A stretch of DNA of 64,000 bases from Octopus vulgaris (taxonomy: Eukaryota). The notes below the pieces were generated by a model. The model was not told the DNA's origin. It ran no database searches and was given only the letters and a program-made list of their open reading frames with translations. Positions 1 to 13,260 of this stretch are shown here, one piece after another; the first letter of the stretch is position 1; the number at the start of each line of letters is the position of its first letter. Made by a program: the position numbers and the translations under genes. The stretch lies in NCBI GenBank assembly GCA_951406725.2, contig OX597819.1, positions 126,170,001-126,234,000 on the forward strand, given 5' to 3'.

Positions 1-111
1 CGCACATATATATGTTTTTATCGGCTAAACTGGCAAAATGACCGAAATGTAACAATATATGTTTCAACACACGACTTCACATAAAAAATCTTGCACAACA
101 AATATATAAAC

Positions 112-113
<2 letters not shown>
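1..113 (+). mobile_element. 3' part of a short AT-rich repeat (family X, probable PLE pseudo-LTR) running into (TA)n
   Basis: Reverse-complement match to 46878-46990 (ggctaaactggcaaaatgacc...caaatatataa.cgta) and direct match to 47110-47180. Confidence 0.6.
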
Positions 114-192
<79 letters not shown>

Positions 193-351
193 GCGGGCTT
201 CTTTCAGTTTCCGTCTACCAAATCCACTGACAAGGCTTTGGTCGGCCCGAGGCTATAGTAGAAGACACTTGCCCAAGGTGCCACGCAGTGGGACTGAACC
301 CAGAACCATGTGGTTGGTAAACAAGCTACTTACCACACAGCCACTCCTGCG
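193..351 (-). mobile_element. SINE-A (tRNA head + CORE-like domain), 5' half
   Basis: Minus strand has A box tggctgtgtggt, B box ggttcagtccc and CORE-like caccttgggcaagtg; many copies in the window. Confidence 0.9.
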
Positions 352-1000
352 CATGTATGCAAATGTCAAAAGAATTTCTAAATGGTTCCATGAAGCAAAA
401 ACAATGACATTAATACATTGTATATGAAATCTAGAATTATTATAAAAATATTGTTGGTAAATGTGTCAACTTCTCTGACTTCCTAGTCTCATGCTATACG
501 GAACAATTCATCCGATGGATATTATACGAGTATGTGGTCCCTTCTAAATAACACTATTATGTTAGTGTTCATTATCTTTGTGAAAGCGTGTTGTCAATAT
601 CCGGCCGAGGAAGTGTCAGAAGACAGGGACATCGGGTAAAAAAGGCTTATACATAGAAACGACTGTACGTGAATATGCATGTGGTCCATTGTATTGTATT
701 ATAATGTTTATTGGTTATTTCGCTCTGTGGCATGAAAAGTATACGGAAGTTTGTAGAATGAATATTTGTCAATCTTAATTCGAGGTGAAAAGTTGGGCGA
801 AATATTGATTTCAGTGGAATTCGAAGAGAACATAGGTGAAAATGTGAAATCTAAACTCCAGTACATTCTAAGAAAGATGAGGGGTAGTTTCTCTCTTTTT
901 TTTTTTTCTGTTGAAAGACTGCTCCAGGGTTAACTCCTGTCTCAGCGGAACAAATTTAATGATTAAAAAATCAAGAACAAAAACACAGAATTATTATATT

Positions 1001-1416
1001 TATTTCTTTATTGCCCACAAGGGGCTAAACACAGAGGGGACAAACAAAGACAGACAAAGGGATTAGGTCGATTACATCGAACCCAGTGCGTAACCGGTAC
1101 TTATTTAATGGACCCCGAAAGGATGAAAGGCAAAGTCGACCTTGGTGGAATTTGAACTCAGAATGTAACGGCAGACGAAAGACCTATTTCTTTATTACCC
1201 ACAAGGGGCTAAACATAGAGGGGAAAAACAAGGACAGACAAACGGATTAAGTCGATTATATTGACCCCAGTGTGTAACTAGTACTTAATTTATCGACCCC
1301 GAAAGGATGAAAGGCAAATCGACCTTGTCGGAATTTGAACTCAGAACGTAACGGCAGACGAAATACCGCAAACCATTTCGCCTGGTGTGCTAACGATTCT
1401 GCCAGCTCGCCGCCTT
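1001..1416 (-). mobile_element. SINE-B (tRNA head + Nin/Deu-like domain), partial dimer with target site duplication
   Basis: Two tandem 3' parts (1001-1182 and 1183-1416). Domain reads gcctttcatcctttcggggtcgataaattaagtac on the minus strand. ac(a/g)gaattattatatt flanks both sides. Confidence 0.88.
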
Positions 1417-2352
1417 ACGGAATTATTATATTGCCAAAACGGTTATTTATTCTTTATATAATTATGTATTTATAAAAGTATCTATCAAAATGTTTAAAAA
1501 GCAGTTTAGGAAAAGACCTCCCATCTTAGCTTCTTAATTTACTTTCCGAAAATGCTTGTAATTACTGTTTTAAGCTTTACTAATATAGATAATGAAATGT
1601 AGACTTATGTTTCTTGAAACTCGCAAATGGACGAGAACAAAAGCTTTTAATTAAATTGAATCAATAACAATGTTTTATACAATAACATTCTCTCAAGTGT
1701 TGTATGTCTCTCAGAAGACCGCATTTCATCCCTCAGAAAGCCGCAGATTCCCTACCCTGTCCTACGATCAGCAAGAGATAATTACTGTTAAATCGGAGTT
1801 TACTGAAAGAAATATCTTCCTCGTCATTCACAGGCTGCATTGGTACTTGTTCTCACCAGACAGGGGAGAACATTGTGTTAGAAAGATCACAAGCAGAAAA
1901 ACGTCACTTGAATAAAAAAAAAAAAAAACGACTTCATTCACATTATATCCCTTTAAACGCTGTTCCCTTTTGCGCGAAACCGTCAAGTAGTTATACATAA
2001 AAATAGTCAAACATAGACTGAAGAAATTTTGCCTTAAGCCACTGATTCAAATCGATATTCTAAATATACATAGAACAATTCTGGCATCTGTACTCATATA
2101 TATATATATAAGTCGAAGCAGGGGCAGCTGAAGAAGGGAGATGTTCCTTGTATTGTATGTCTTGTACTCTGTTTTTTCGTTGTTAAAAAAAGGCCGTTTC
2201 CTTGTTTTGCTTTTATGTTTTCGTTTCTCGTTGTGTTCTACGATTTTTTGTGGTGTCCTGTACCCATATATGCATGTATATATACATATAGATGTAGGTA
2301 TGTACATATATGTACGTACGTATGTATGCATGTTTTTTTTTATTAAATTGTT

Positions 2353-2536
2353 TGGCTGTGTGGTAAGTAGCTTGCTTACCAGCCACATGGTTCCGGGTTC
2401 AGTCCCACTGCGTGGCATCTTGGGCAAGTCTCTTCTGCTATAACCCCGGGCCGACCAATGCCTTGTGAGTGGATTTGGTAGACGGAAACTGAAAGAAGCC
2501 CGTCGTATATATGTATATTTATATATATATATGTGC

Positions 2537-2577
<41 letters not shown>

Positions 2578-2762
2578 TGTGTCTGTGTTTGTCCCCCTAG
2601 CATTGCTTGACAACCAATGCTGGTGTGTTTACGTCCCCGCCACCTCGCGGTTCGGCAAAAGAGACCGATAGAATAAGTATTGGGCTCGATTTGCTCGACT
2701 AAAGGCGGTTCTCCGGCATGGCCGCAGTCAAATGACTGAAACAAGTAAAAGAGTAAAAGAGA
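2353..2762 (+). mobile_element. SINE-A, near full length, with internal (TA)n(TG)n and an (AAGAGTA)n tail
   Basis: Matches the other SINE-A copies. Confidence 0.92.
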
Positions 2763-2959
2763 GATATATATATCTTTCAACGTGTTCTATATTTCAAACG
2801 TAACATTGCTAAGCAATCTTCATTTTTCTGTTCAGACTTTGCTTCATTTCCTGCCTATATTTCAACTAAATTCAGATATAAACGCTATAAACTTTTACGA
2901 AGCAACATTAAAGAACTTGTAATGCCAACGCCCAGTACTTTACAGAGTGCTAGTAGTAC

Positions 2960-3000
<41 letters not shown>

Positions 3001-3226
3001 CTTGCTTCTACTGCTATTGTTGGCCTTGTCTCTTATTGGTGTTATTTAGTGTTCGGTCTATTGTTGCTATGGCTCACACTGTTTTTTTCCTTTCTTCCAG
3101 TTTGTTTTCTTTGTTGTTATGAAAGTATTTATTCCGATCTTGTCTCTTTACATATTTGTCAAAAATTACTCGTTACTACAAAAGCACCACCGCCGCCACC
3201 ACCACCAGCACCACTAATATTATGAC

Positions 3227-3262
<36 letters not shown>

Positions 3263-3399
3263 CATCATCATCATCATCATCAACACCAAAATCCTTATCA
3301 ATAACATTATTATATCTATCACAGGCTTGTAAACTTCCCACCCTATGGTTTGAATATATATTGAATATATTAATTTCATGCCAATATCAGCAGTAGGAA

Positions 3400-4140
3400 A
3401 GCTCATCTCTTTAAAGAAATATTCGTTAATGCACTCCCTTACAATAATAAGCTCCTGGCCAACAGTAATTTCAAAAATAGTTTAAGCCCCTACAATCAAC
3501 AGTACAAAACCGAAAATAGACCCAAGAAGATTACATGCACCCACCCCTGATTAAATTTGTATGTTAAAACTAACGTTGGCAGAAAATTCCTGGCCTTAAT
3601 AGACAAGCATTTCCCGGATAGCCATAAATAGAAGAAAATTTCTGATAGACGTTCTGTGAAAGTTTTATACAGCTGCTGTTTCAACATGAGAAGTATTACC
3701 AACCGTAGGTCACACCAGGTGCTTACTCCAAAATGTAATGCAGAGACCCAGAAACACTGCCCGTTCGACCAGGCATGTATGGTTTACGAAGCCTAAGTAA
3801 CCACAGTGCTTCAAAATAACGGAACTCAAAAGAAAAAGAATATTAGTGTCTGCAAAAGTAACTTTGAAAAAAAGATGTACCAACGACCAGTTCTTTTTCG
3901 ACACGTAAAGAAGAAAAAACTCACTAAGTTAGCTAGCCATGTGTGGGACCTGAAGGCCAACAATACACCACACACAAGGAAGTCAAGCATCAATTAACGC
4001 CATACGTTGAAGTGTGGAGGAGGTGCTGACTTCGTATTGCCGAAAAACTTCGTATCCTTTTTAGATTTTAGAATTCCATCACCTACTCAATTCTTCATCC
4101 GAAATTTTTATTAAATATCAGCATCTGGTCAATTTTCTGA
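3400..4140 (+). pseudogene. Decayed Penelope-like element: RT thumb, linker and GIY-YIG endonuclease
   Basis: Manual translation gives KTNVGRKFLALIDKHFPDSHK*KKISDRRSVKVLYSCCFNMRSI, CPFDQAC/MVYEA, TKLASHVWDLK, IAEKLRIL and LLNSSSEIFIKYQH. These are PLE C-terminal motifs interrupted by stops and frameshifts. Confidence 0.8.
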
Positions 4141-4734
4141 ACTGGAAAAAAAAATCCAAAAAACATTGTCTCCGTGCTAGGCATGATGTCTCTCAAACTT
4201 TAACCTTTCCTCTTTGAATTACTTACATCAACCATGTTAATTCCAATTTTAAGTCTTATCTCCATTCTCTCCATATTTCTTGATTCTTTTTTCTCATTTC
4301 CTCTTTGTTTTACGTTTTTCTTGTGGTTCCTTTTTCGTTCTTTCTCGCTTTTTCTCTAAGAGTAGCAATATTGCACGTTCGATAGGAATGATTACCAGAA
4401 AATACACATAATTCTCTAAAAGTTTGACCGATCAGGGCATGAAACTTGGTATTTTGTCTGCTAAACAACTAATGTCATATGAAGAAAGGAAAAACGGAGA
4501 AAAACACATTACGTGAATTTCTTTCCGGTTGTACCTATTTTCCATTTATAATAAATGCCTCACTTCCTAAGATGTTTAATATATCTTCGGTTGTGTAATA
4601 ACGATGATTTTGAGAAAGAAAATAGCGCTATACATGATTATCACTGTCTAGAAATCTTAAGAACTTCTAAATAGGAAACCAAAAAAGAAGGAACTAAATA
4701 TGTGTATTCTATGCATCTTTTCCCTTATCTTTTT

Positions 4735-5010
4735 TTTTTTACTTGTTTTAGTCGTTTGACTGTAACTATGTTGTGGCACCGCATTGAAAGGTATTAGTGG
4801 AGCAAATCGATCCCAGGACTTAATTTTTAAAGCCTAGTTCTTATTCTATCGGTCGCTTTTGCCAAAACTGCAAAGTTATGGAGGACATAAACACATCACC
4901 GGTTGTCAAACAGTGGTGGGGGACAAATACAGAGACACACACGCATATATATATACATATGCGACGGGCTTCTTTCAGTTTCTAAGCAAGCTTCTTACCA
5001 CACAGCCATG
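4735..5010 (-). mobile_element. SINE-A, diverged and internally deleted
   Basis: Similar to the SINE-A 3' half, joined directly to a head fragment. Confidence 0.8.
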
Positions 5011-5331
5011 CCTCAGAGGACATCACATAAGATATAAACATTGATTTGTTGCTTGTTTACTCTAACTCAATCTGTTGATTTTGATCCCCTTTAATCGATA
5101 TAGTTTTGATAGTCTTGTGAGCATGTGATGTAGTAAACGAAATATTTTGTTTTGCTATTCATATTTACATTAATCCTTTCCCATTTTTGAATTATTCCGT
5201 TTTACCCTGTTCAATTAATTCAAACGTCCCACAACGAAGGTTTCTAAATTGGACAATGGAGTTCACACTAGTCTTTGCAAATATGTAGAATATGATACGC
5301 TAGTGTGTATGTATGTGTGTGTGTGTATGTA

Positions 5332-5409
<78 letters not shown>

Positions 5410-5591
5410 AAAGACCGAAACGTTTCTGCTGATTTCATTATTTGGCTGTAAAGACTACATCCACTCTGATGTTCATTATCTCTTTTGTACAATTTGAAAC
5501 AGCTCCACAGGGAGGTTTTGTCGACTAATCGCTTTGATATTGTCTCTTAATCAGAGTTTTTTGAAGGCCTACTGTATTTAATAATGATGAT

Positions 5592-5646
<55 letters not shown>

Positions 5647-5994
5647 TTAATAATATTAATAATAATAATATTAATAATAATAATAAAATGTCGACAGAAG
5701 TCTGGTTTAAGCACCACTCATAACTTTTTTTTATTTTTGAGAATTTGCAGACACACGGGAATTCATACAATTATGAAAAAAAATTGTGTGTGATTTAAGG
5801 CTCATTTAGCTGTTACTTAAGGATTATTTAGTTGCACAACCCACGACCATCTTATACCTTCCTCATTTTGTTGTCACTGTGACATGTATTGATGTTTTTC
5901 AATATTTTTCTTCTCATAAACACATTTAAGGGAATGATGCTGCACCCAAGGGTGATCCATTGCTGGGATTTAGGGGAAAAATTCAGGTCTCTCT

Positions 5995-6402
5995 TTCTCT
6001 TTACTCTTTTACTTGTTTCAGTCATTTGACTGTGGCCATGCTGGAGCACCGCCTTTAGTCGAGCAAATCAACCCCGGGACTTATTCTTTGTAAGCCCAGT
6101 ACTTATTCTATCGGTCTCTCTTTTGCCGAACCGCTAAGTGACGGGGACGTAAACACACGAGCATCGGTTGTCAAGCAATGCTAGGGGGACAAACACAGAC
6201 ACACAAACACACACATACATATATATATATACATATATACGACAGGCTTCTCTCAGTTTCCGTCTACCAAATCCACTCACAAGACATTGGTCGGCCCGAG
6301 GCTATAGCAGAAGACACGTGCCCAAGATGCCACGCAGTGGGACTGAACCCGGAACCATCTGGTTGGTAAGCAAGCTACTTACCACACATCCACTCCTGTG
6401 CC
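5995..6402 (-). mobile_element. SINE-A, full length
   Basis: Matches the family from tail (ttactctttt) to head (ccactcctg). Confidence 0.92.
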
Positions 6403-6729
6403 TATTTACCCGTTTTTCTTGCACCTTTTCTATTTTCTACTATTCTCTCCTTCTCCACATCCATCTCCTTTTTCCCACCACATGGTTTCTCAACCTGCTA
6501 AACATAGTAGCTAAAATACTTTCAAACTACGCATAAGCGTGATTGTGATTGTGGTTTCCCTGTCCACAGAAAGAAGACGGTAAGGTTACGGTTTCCCGTT
6601 CAAACCCGACCTGGGACTCAACAACAACGGACATCAATAACCACCGTTTTCACATCTATCTCTGCCGGGTCATCGCCCTCAACGTCTTCAAATACACTCT
6701 TTACCGTTCACTTCCACAAATCTATCTTT

Positions 6730-7667
6730 GCCCCTCCTCCTTCTCCTCCTCCTCCTCCTTCTTCTCTTCCCCTCCTCCTGTTTTTACTCCTGTTCTTCCA
6801 CTTCCGCACTCCTTTCTTCCCTTCCTCCTTTCCTCCTTCTCCTCTTACACTCTCCCTCAACTTCCACTTCCTCACTCCCTCTACTTCCTCCACCTCCTCT
6901 ACCTCTCCCTGTTCATCATTCCCTCTTCTTCCTCGACATCCTCCTCTCCCCCCTTCTCTTCTTCCTTCTCTTTCTTTTCTTCCAGTTTCTCCTTTCCCCT
7001 CTCCTTTTTTCTTCCCCTCCCCTTCATTCTCTTCTCCTTCTTGTTCTTCCTCTCCTCCTCTTCCTTCTCTTATTCTTGTTCTTTCCTTCCTCCTCCTCAC
7101 TCTTCTTCTCCTTCTTCTCCCTTTCTCTTCTTCCTTCTCTTCTTGTTCTTCTACTCTTCCTCTTCTTTCTCTTCTTGTCCTTGTTCTTCCTCCACCTCTT
7201 CTTTCTCTCCTCTTGTTTTTGTTGTTGCTGTTCTCCTTCTTCCCCTTCTTCTTCTTCTTCTTCTTCTTCCTCCTCCTCGCTTTCTTCTTCTTCTTCTTCT
7301 TCTACTTCTTCTTTCTTCCTTTTCTTCTTTTTCTTCTACTTCTTTCTCCTTTTTCTTCCTCCTTTTCTTCTTTCTCTCCCTCCTCCTCCACCACCACCAC
7401 CACCACCCTCCTCCTCCACCACCACCACCACCACCCTCCTCCTCCACCACCACCACCACCACCCCCTCCTCCTCCACCACCACCACCCCACCCTCCTCCT
7501 CCTCCACCTCTTCTTCCACTTCCTCCTCTTCCTTCCGTTCTTCATCCTTCTACCCATCCACCGCCACCACCGCTACCACCACTACCATCAACGCCCCCCA
7601 ACCCACCACCGCCATCGCCACAGCCGTCGCCATCGCCTCTTCCTCCTCCTTCTCCTCCTCCACCACC

Positions 7668-7699
<32 letters not shown>

Positions 7700-7760
7700 C
7701 AACACCAGCACCACCACTGCCACTACCAAAGCCGCCATCCCACCACCTCTCCAGCCTTTG
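6730..7760. repeat. About 1 kb of low-complexity pyrimidine/C-rich sequence: (CCT)n, (CTT)n, (CCA)n, (CAA)n
   Basis: Direct inspection; the plus strand has very little G. Confidence 0.95.
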
Positions 7761-8095
7761 ATTTCCTTTTATCATTCGTCTCCCTTTTTCCGTCTATTTT
7801 TCCTCTATCTCTTCCCCCCCCTTCATATCCCCATCGTCATACTCTTCAAACCTTTCACCACCACAACTACAACCATCCCTTTCTTTAACCCCCGCTATTA
7901 TCATCCCCACCCTTTCCATCTCCACCATCATCGTCACCACAACCACTCACCCACCCCTATATTTTGCCCTTTCTAAATATGTCAGTTCCCGTCCTTCTTC
8001 CTCCCCCTTTTCTTCCTCTTATCACACCTCCTCCCTCAGCTGTGCCTGTTGCTTCACAAAATAACTGCCCTACTCTATCTCTCTACTTGTTCTAG

Positions 8096-8128
8096 CAGTG
8101 GCATCTTCCCACAATGCAAAGCAGCCAG
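8096..8128 (+). other. Candidate 33-nt (or 30-nt NAGNAG) microexon of an unidentified host gene
   Basis: Polypyrimidine tract ctctatctctctacttgttctag, then 33 nt open in all three frames, then cag|gtgagg donor. Confidence 0.25.
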
Positions 8129-8339
8129 GTGAGGGCTTGCTTATAATGACAGCACACTGCTACCTGTAATAGTGTGCATGAGTTAGTGTCTTCATGACTG
8201 TCTAGCTTGAGGTGTTTGAGTATTATTTATGGGCAGGGATATCTAATTACTTCTCCCTCCTTTTCTTCCTTTCTTTCCTTCCTTCCTTCCTTCCTTCCTT
8301 CCTTCTTTCTTTCTTTCTTTCTTTCTTTCCCCCTCTCTC

Positions 8340-8570
8340 TCTCTATCTCTATCTTATCTATCTCTCTTTCATGCGCACATATTACCTCTCCTTCTCCTCC
8401 CCCATCTCTCTCTCTCTCTCTATCTATCTATCTTATCTATCTCTTTTTCATGCGCACATATTACCTCTCCTCTTCCCCCATCTCTCTCTCTTTTTCTCTC
8501 TCTCTCTATCTCTCTCTCTATCTTATCTATCTCTCTTTTATGCGCACATATTACCTCTCCTCCTCCCCCA

Positions 8571-8602
<32 letters not shown>

Positions 8603-8745
8603 TATCTTATCTATCTCTCTTTCATGCGCACATATCACATCTCCTCCTCCCCCATCTCTCTCTCTCTCTCTCTATCTCTATCTTATCTATCTCTCTTTCA
8701 TGCGCACATATTACCTCTCCTTCTCTCCCATCTCTCTCTTTTTTC
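8340..8745. repeat. Minisatellite, 5 units of about 80-90 bp with core tcttatctatctctctttcatgcgcacatattacctctcc
   Basis: Core recurs near 8352, 8430, 8521, 8604 and 8681. Confidence 0.9.
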
Positions 8746-8869
8746 TCCCTCCCTCCCAAGCGTATATATTATTAGCTGAAAAGGAGTGGCGGAGCTCGGC
8801 TGACGCCGAAAGACGCCGTCTACATTCTTTACCCCCTTATCCTCCCAAAAGCCGTACGAGGGTGCCTTT

Positions 8870-9860
8870 AGACCAAGCTTGCGAACCTGTCCAAGGATGA
8901 GGACAAGATTGCGCCTCATCGATGTGCACCTGGCGCCCTTCCGCAGTGCACCATGTCACCTTCTGATTGATAGCCTCGGCGAAATCGATGCTACCATCCG
9001 GCGCTCTGCTGAACTGATCTACAATGGCAACTTGCGAAACTACTCATGAAATTGGGTGGCCTTGGAGCCTGGCGCTGCCTGTCTGAATTTCCTCAATCTT
9101 TAGTCGTACTCTCATTAGCGAGGGACTCGGTGAGATGAACCTGATATGACCCGGGACTTGCAGTCGATGGGATCGTTGATGTCCTCGTCGTCCCCTATAC
9201 TATAGATGTCACACGTAACTGAGACGATATCAAGTGCAAGCCCACCTTCAAGCAGATTGAGATTCCCTAACACCTCCTCACCTGCTTCAGATCCACTTCG
9301 CAGCCAAAAAGCTGTGTGTGGTACAATTCAGTGCCCTCCTCATCAACTCTACTTCATGATGAGTGCATTCGTATCGAGTGGTCAAGCGCCTCGATCTCTG
9401 CGTGTGTGAGCCGCACAAATGCCGTTGTGAAGCTGTAGTTGAATTCGGCCTTCATCCATTATCTTGCGGCCATGGTGCGGGCTGGATCCCTCGACACGCT
9501 GCTCTGAACGATATCATTAGAAAGGGCCACGACGCAGCTGCCTTTCTATCACAACTGGGTCCAGTAGGTCTTGACCACGGGGATGGTAAACGCCCCGACG
9601 GAATAACCCGCTTCGCATACAAGGGAGGTAAATCATTAATCTGGGACGCGAGGTGCTCCGTCTCCAGCCTTGCTGCATCAGTCGCAAATCCAGTTGTCGC
9701 CGTCTGCAATGCGGAGGAGAGGAAGGTAGCTAAGTACCGGAGTTTGGCCGGCTGATATCTGTTCGTACCGATCACCGTCCAGACTTTAGTTGTTCCTGAA
9801 CCTTTAAAATCTGGTTGCTGTCTGTTCGTACCGGTCACCGTCGAGAACCCGATTGATTTC
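8870..9860 (+). pseudogene. Decayed CRE-clade non-LTR retrotransposon, 3' part (zinc knuckle + restriction-enzyme-like endonuclease)
   Basis: ORF 9363-9755: HKCRCEAVVEFGLHPLSC..RHAALNDII..DGKRPDG..GKSLIWD..AEERKVAKY, followed by FVP. Upstream LRSAPC and GGLG thumb motifs. Confidence 0.8.
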
Positions 9861-9999
9861 GAACCCCTCAAACCACGCCTTTTCAGCCGTAAAAGAAAGA
9901 GAATGCATCGCAAAATTTGATCCAGAGTAGGCAGATTCTGAAAAAGCAACAACACAAGCAATAACTGCAGCAACAATATCAGTAGCAGTAGTATTAATT

Positions 10000-10345
10000 A
10001 CTTCTTGTTTGGGCACAAGGCCAGCAATTTTTTAGGCGAGGTGTTAGTACTTTATTTTATCGACCTCAAAAAGATGAAAGATAAAGTTGAGCTCAGCGAG
10101 ATTTGAACTCAAGACGTAATGGGACAAAAGAAATATAACAAAGCATTATCTCCATCACTTAAACGATTCTGTCAATCCAGCGGTCTTCTAACGATGATTA
10201 TTTCGAGCTGAGGCACAGGGCTTGCAATTGCTGAGGGTGGAAGGTAATCAATGACAGTAAACCTGTATTTAAAAGGTACAGTATTTTTATCGACACTCCA
10301 AAGGTAAAAGTCAAAGCTGATCTCGATGGGATTTCCACGCAGCAC
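10000..10345 (-). mobile_element. Two diverged SINE-B-related copies with the alternative tail (ggcacaaggccagcaattt)
   Basis: tactttattttatcgacc..aaagatgaaag..atttgaactc motifs. Confidence 0.7.
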
Positions 10346-10449
10346 GGAATTTATTCTGGCTGTTTGCCGGAGGTGCCCTCCTGGGGCTACAAGCTACAGT
10401 AGCATTCACCCTTAAGGGTTAGCCATATTTAAGTGGCAAATATACTTCA

Positions 10450-10500
<51 letters not shown>

Positions 10501-10501
10501 C

Positions 10502-10536
<35 letters not shown>

Positions 10537-10602
10537 TATATATAATGTATGCATGTATGTATATATATATATATATATAAATATATATATAATGTATGCA
10601 TG

Positions 10603-10656
<54 letters not shown>

Positions 10657-10710
10657 GTATGCATGTATATATATATATATGTATGTATATATATATATAT
10701 ACATACATAC

Positions 10711-10741
<31 letters not shown>

Positions 10742-11299
10742 TATATTTATGTATGTATGTATGTATGTATGTATGTATGTATGTATGTATGTATGTATGT
10801 ACATACTGTTTGCCGGACTAAATTCCGTAAGATACATTGTCTGATGCAAGAAAGTTACGTAATAAAGTGAAAACGACGAGATGTTTGTGTCCAGAATACC
10901 TTTGATCTTTTATGCTCATTCAATGATACCCTGGGCATCAACAACAACAATAACAGCATCAATGGCCGATTTAACGAGAAGCAAAAGACACACAAAATAA
11001 ATGAAAAGTCTTGTTTGAGAAATGAGGTACTTTTTGTTTCGTTGTTGTTTCCTTTTCTTTTTCTTTTTAATTTTTTAAAAATATATGTGACACCTGCTGG
11101 CGATGGACCAATGGCTGTTTTACAAGCGATAGGCGGTGTGAGCAGAGTACGTTTTATAATCATGATTCATATATTTTTTTTTTGATATTTTAATGACTGC
11201 TTCTTTTGTGAGAAATATAAAAATTAGCTAAAAAATTCAATGTTCTCTTTTTCTGTGTGTTGACACCTGTTGAAGATATCTATTCAATGGTGTTATATA

Positions 11300-11353
<54 letters not shown>

Positions 11354-11929
11354 TGTGTATGTACGTGTATATATATATATATATATTGTGAAATTTGATT
11401 TAGTATTTCTAAATTGAATTTTTCCCTGTAAGTTAGGAATAATATTCCCTGAAATAATTATTATATATATATATATATATATATATACACGCATGTATGA
11501 ATATACATGTGTGTGTGAATGTATGTATATATAAATGTATATATATATATATATATGCATGCATGTATGTTTGTATGTATGTATGTTTGTATGCATGCAT
11601 GTGTTGTAATACAACATCCTTGTTAAATTGGAGAAAGTTTGCCTAAAGATAAACTGTGTTATTTGAAGGACAGGACATAAAACAGAAGAATACATATATA
11701 AAGTTTGATTTATATTGATAAAACTACTAAGTACATATACGAACATAAGCACACACACACATACACATACATATACACACGGACTCACACACATGTGCAT
11801 GTGTGCGTGCATATTTAATTATTATGTGGTCCACTAGATGAGCTTTCTGTGATAGGCGCACGATTCTATGAATCCATATATAGGAACACACACTCACATA
11901 TATATATATATATATAAACACATACATAC

Positions 11930-11965
<36 letters not shown>

Positions 11966-11971
11966 ATATAT

Positions 11972-12032
<61 letters not shown>

Positions 12033-12061
12033 CATATATATATACACACATATATATATTT

Positions 12062-12182
12062 ATGTTGGCTTGCTTCCCAACGACATGGTTTTGAGTTCAG
12101 TCCAACTGCGTGGTACTATAGCCTCAGGCCGACCAAAGCCTTGTGAGTGGATTTGATAGACGAAAACTGAAAGAAGCTCGTC

Positions 12183-12184
<2 letters not shown>
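12062..12184 (+). mobile_element. SINE-A 5' fragment within (TA)n
   Basis: Matches the family head. Confidence 0.85.
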
Positions 12185-12236
<52 letters not shown>

Positions 12237-12561
12237 GAGCAAAAGGGCCCCCGTCCAATGGACGGTGCTGAGTTGTCAAACATTTAAACCAAATTTTCTC
12301 ACAACAACTTGTTCGACCGACCCATTGAGAAACACTGATTTAACCTAAATCTGAGTCACCAGCCAAAGGAGAAATAAAGATAAACCTTTTCTATTCCAAA
12401 GTTTATCAAGTTTCCCACGGCTTTATTGATCGCATTCTCACCTGGAATCGCCTTGATACCGTCGGCATCTACATAGAAAATTTGAGCGCAATTGGACGGA
12501 GGATGCCCGAGATCCTAGAAGCCACACGCACACAGACAAAACGGATTTTATATAAGAGATA

Positions 12562-12613
<52 letters not shown>

Positions 12614-12711
12614 TTGTCCCTCTACCATCGCTTATATATATATATAGATATACATAAGGAGAGTTTACGAAAACAGATGTATTAGTATAACACTCAAGAA
12701 TAGAAAAATTC

Positions 12712-12745
12712 TTTTACGTTTCGAACCTACGCTCTTCTACAGAAA
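12712..12745 (-). ncRNA. Minimal hammerhead-like motif with variant core CUGUAGA, in a pLTR-like repeat (12655-12790)
   Basis: Minus strand: uuu CUGUAGA a gagc guag guuc GAAAC GUA aaa. Same repeat family as 61630-61820. Confidence 0.55.
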
Positions 12746-13089
12746 GGGACACAGAAAAAAACAAGGAGAGAAAAAATGTTTGTAGTGGCATATATATATA
12801 TATATATATATTTTATATATATATATAACTAATGTAGGATAAAATTTTTTTCGGGAAAAAAATTTTATCAATGGCCAGCATATCAAAAATACCTTTAAAG
12901 GTTAAATTTATAAATAATTTACAAGACAAGGGCAAAAGAAAAATTCCAATGCCAAATATGCCGAAAAAAAGACAAAAATTGTCAATCACCATTATAATTT
13001 ATGTGTCCCGAAACAAACCGATAGAAATCTCTAAAAAATTCGTTATTTCCGTATTGGTCCAATTTCGTAGTTAATTCATAAGAATTTTC

Positions 13090-13200
13090 TCCTCCATGGA
13101 CCCTTAGTAAGGCATGTGTTAAATTTGAATGAAATTGGTTGTGTAGTTCTCAAGTTTTAGGGAAATACACAGACAGACAGACACACATTCTCAGTTTTGT
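13090..13200 (-). mobile_element. Non-autonomous Helitron-like 5' fragment
   Basis: Minus strand reads tatacaaaactgagaatgtgtgtctgtctgtc..caaccaatttcattcaaattt, the same layout as the 20122 element. Confidence 0.5.
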
Positions 13201-13209
13201 ATATATATG

Positions 13210-13258
<49 letters not shown>

Positions 13259-13260
<2 letters not shown>

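Noticed and set aside
2047-2613. Recurrent ORFs MSSNARGTNTDTQ.../MLGGQTQTH... (also 6168, 18598, 35790, 40674)
   Set aside because: Antisense translations of SINE-A, not a gene family.
6549-7976. 475-aa ORF and overlapping 386-aa and 182-aa ORFs
   Set aside because: Stop-free only because the strand is C/T-rich trinucleotide repeat; open in all frames, no domain.
8340-8745. CRISPR-like repeat/spacer appearance (also 57635-57890)
   Set aside because: Spacers are (CT)n variants or absent; eukaryotic context and no cas genes.
10412-10870. [12 protein letters not shown]-type ORFs throughout the window
   Set aside because: Translations of (TA)n, (CA)n and (TATG)n microsatellites.
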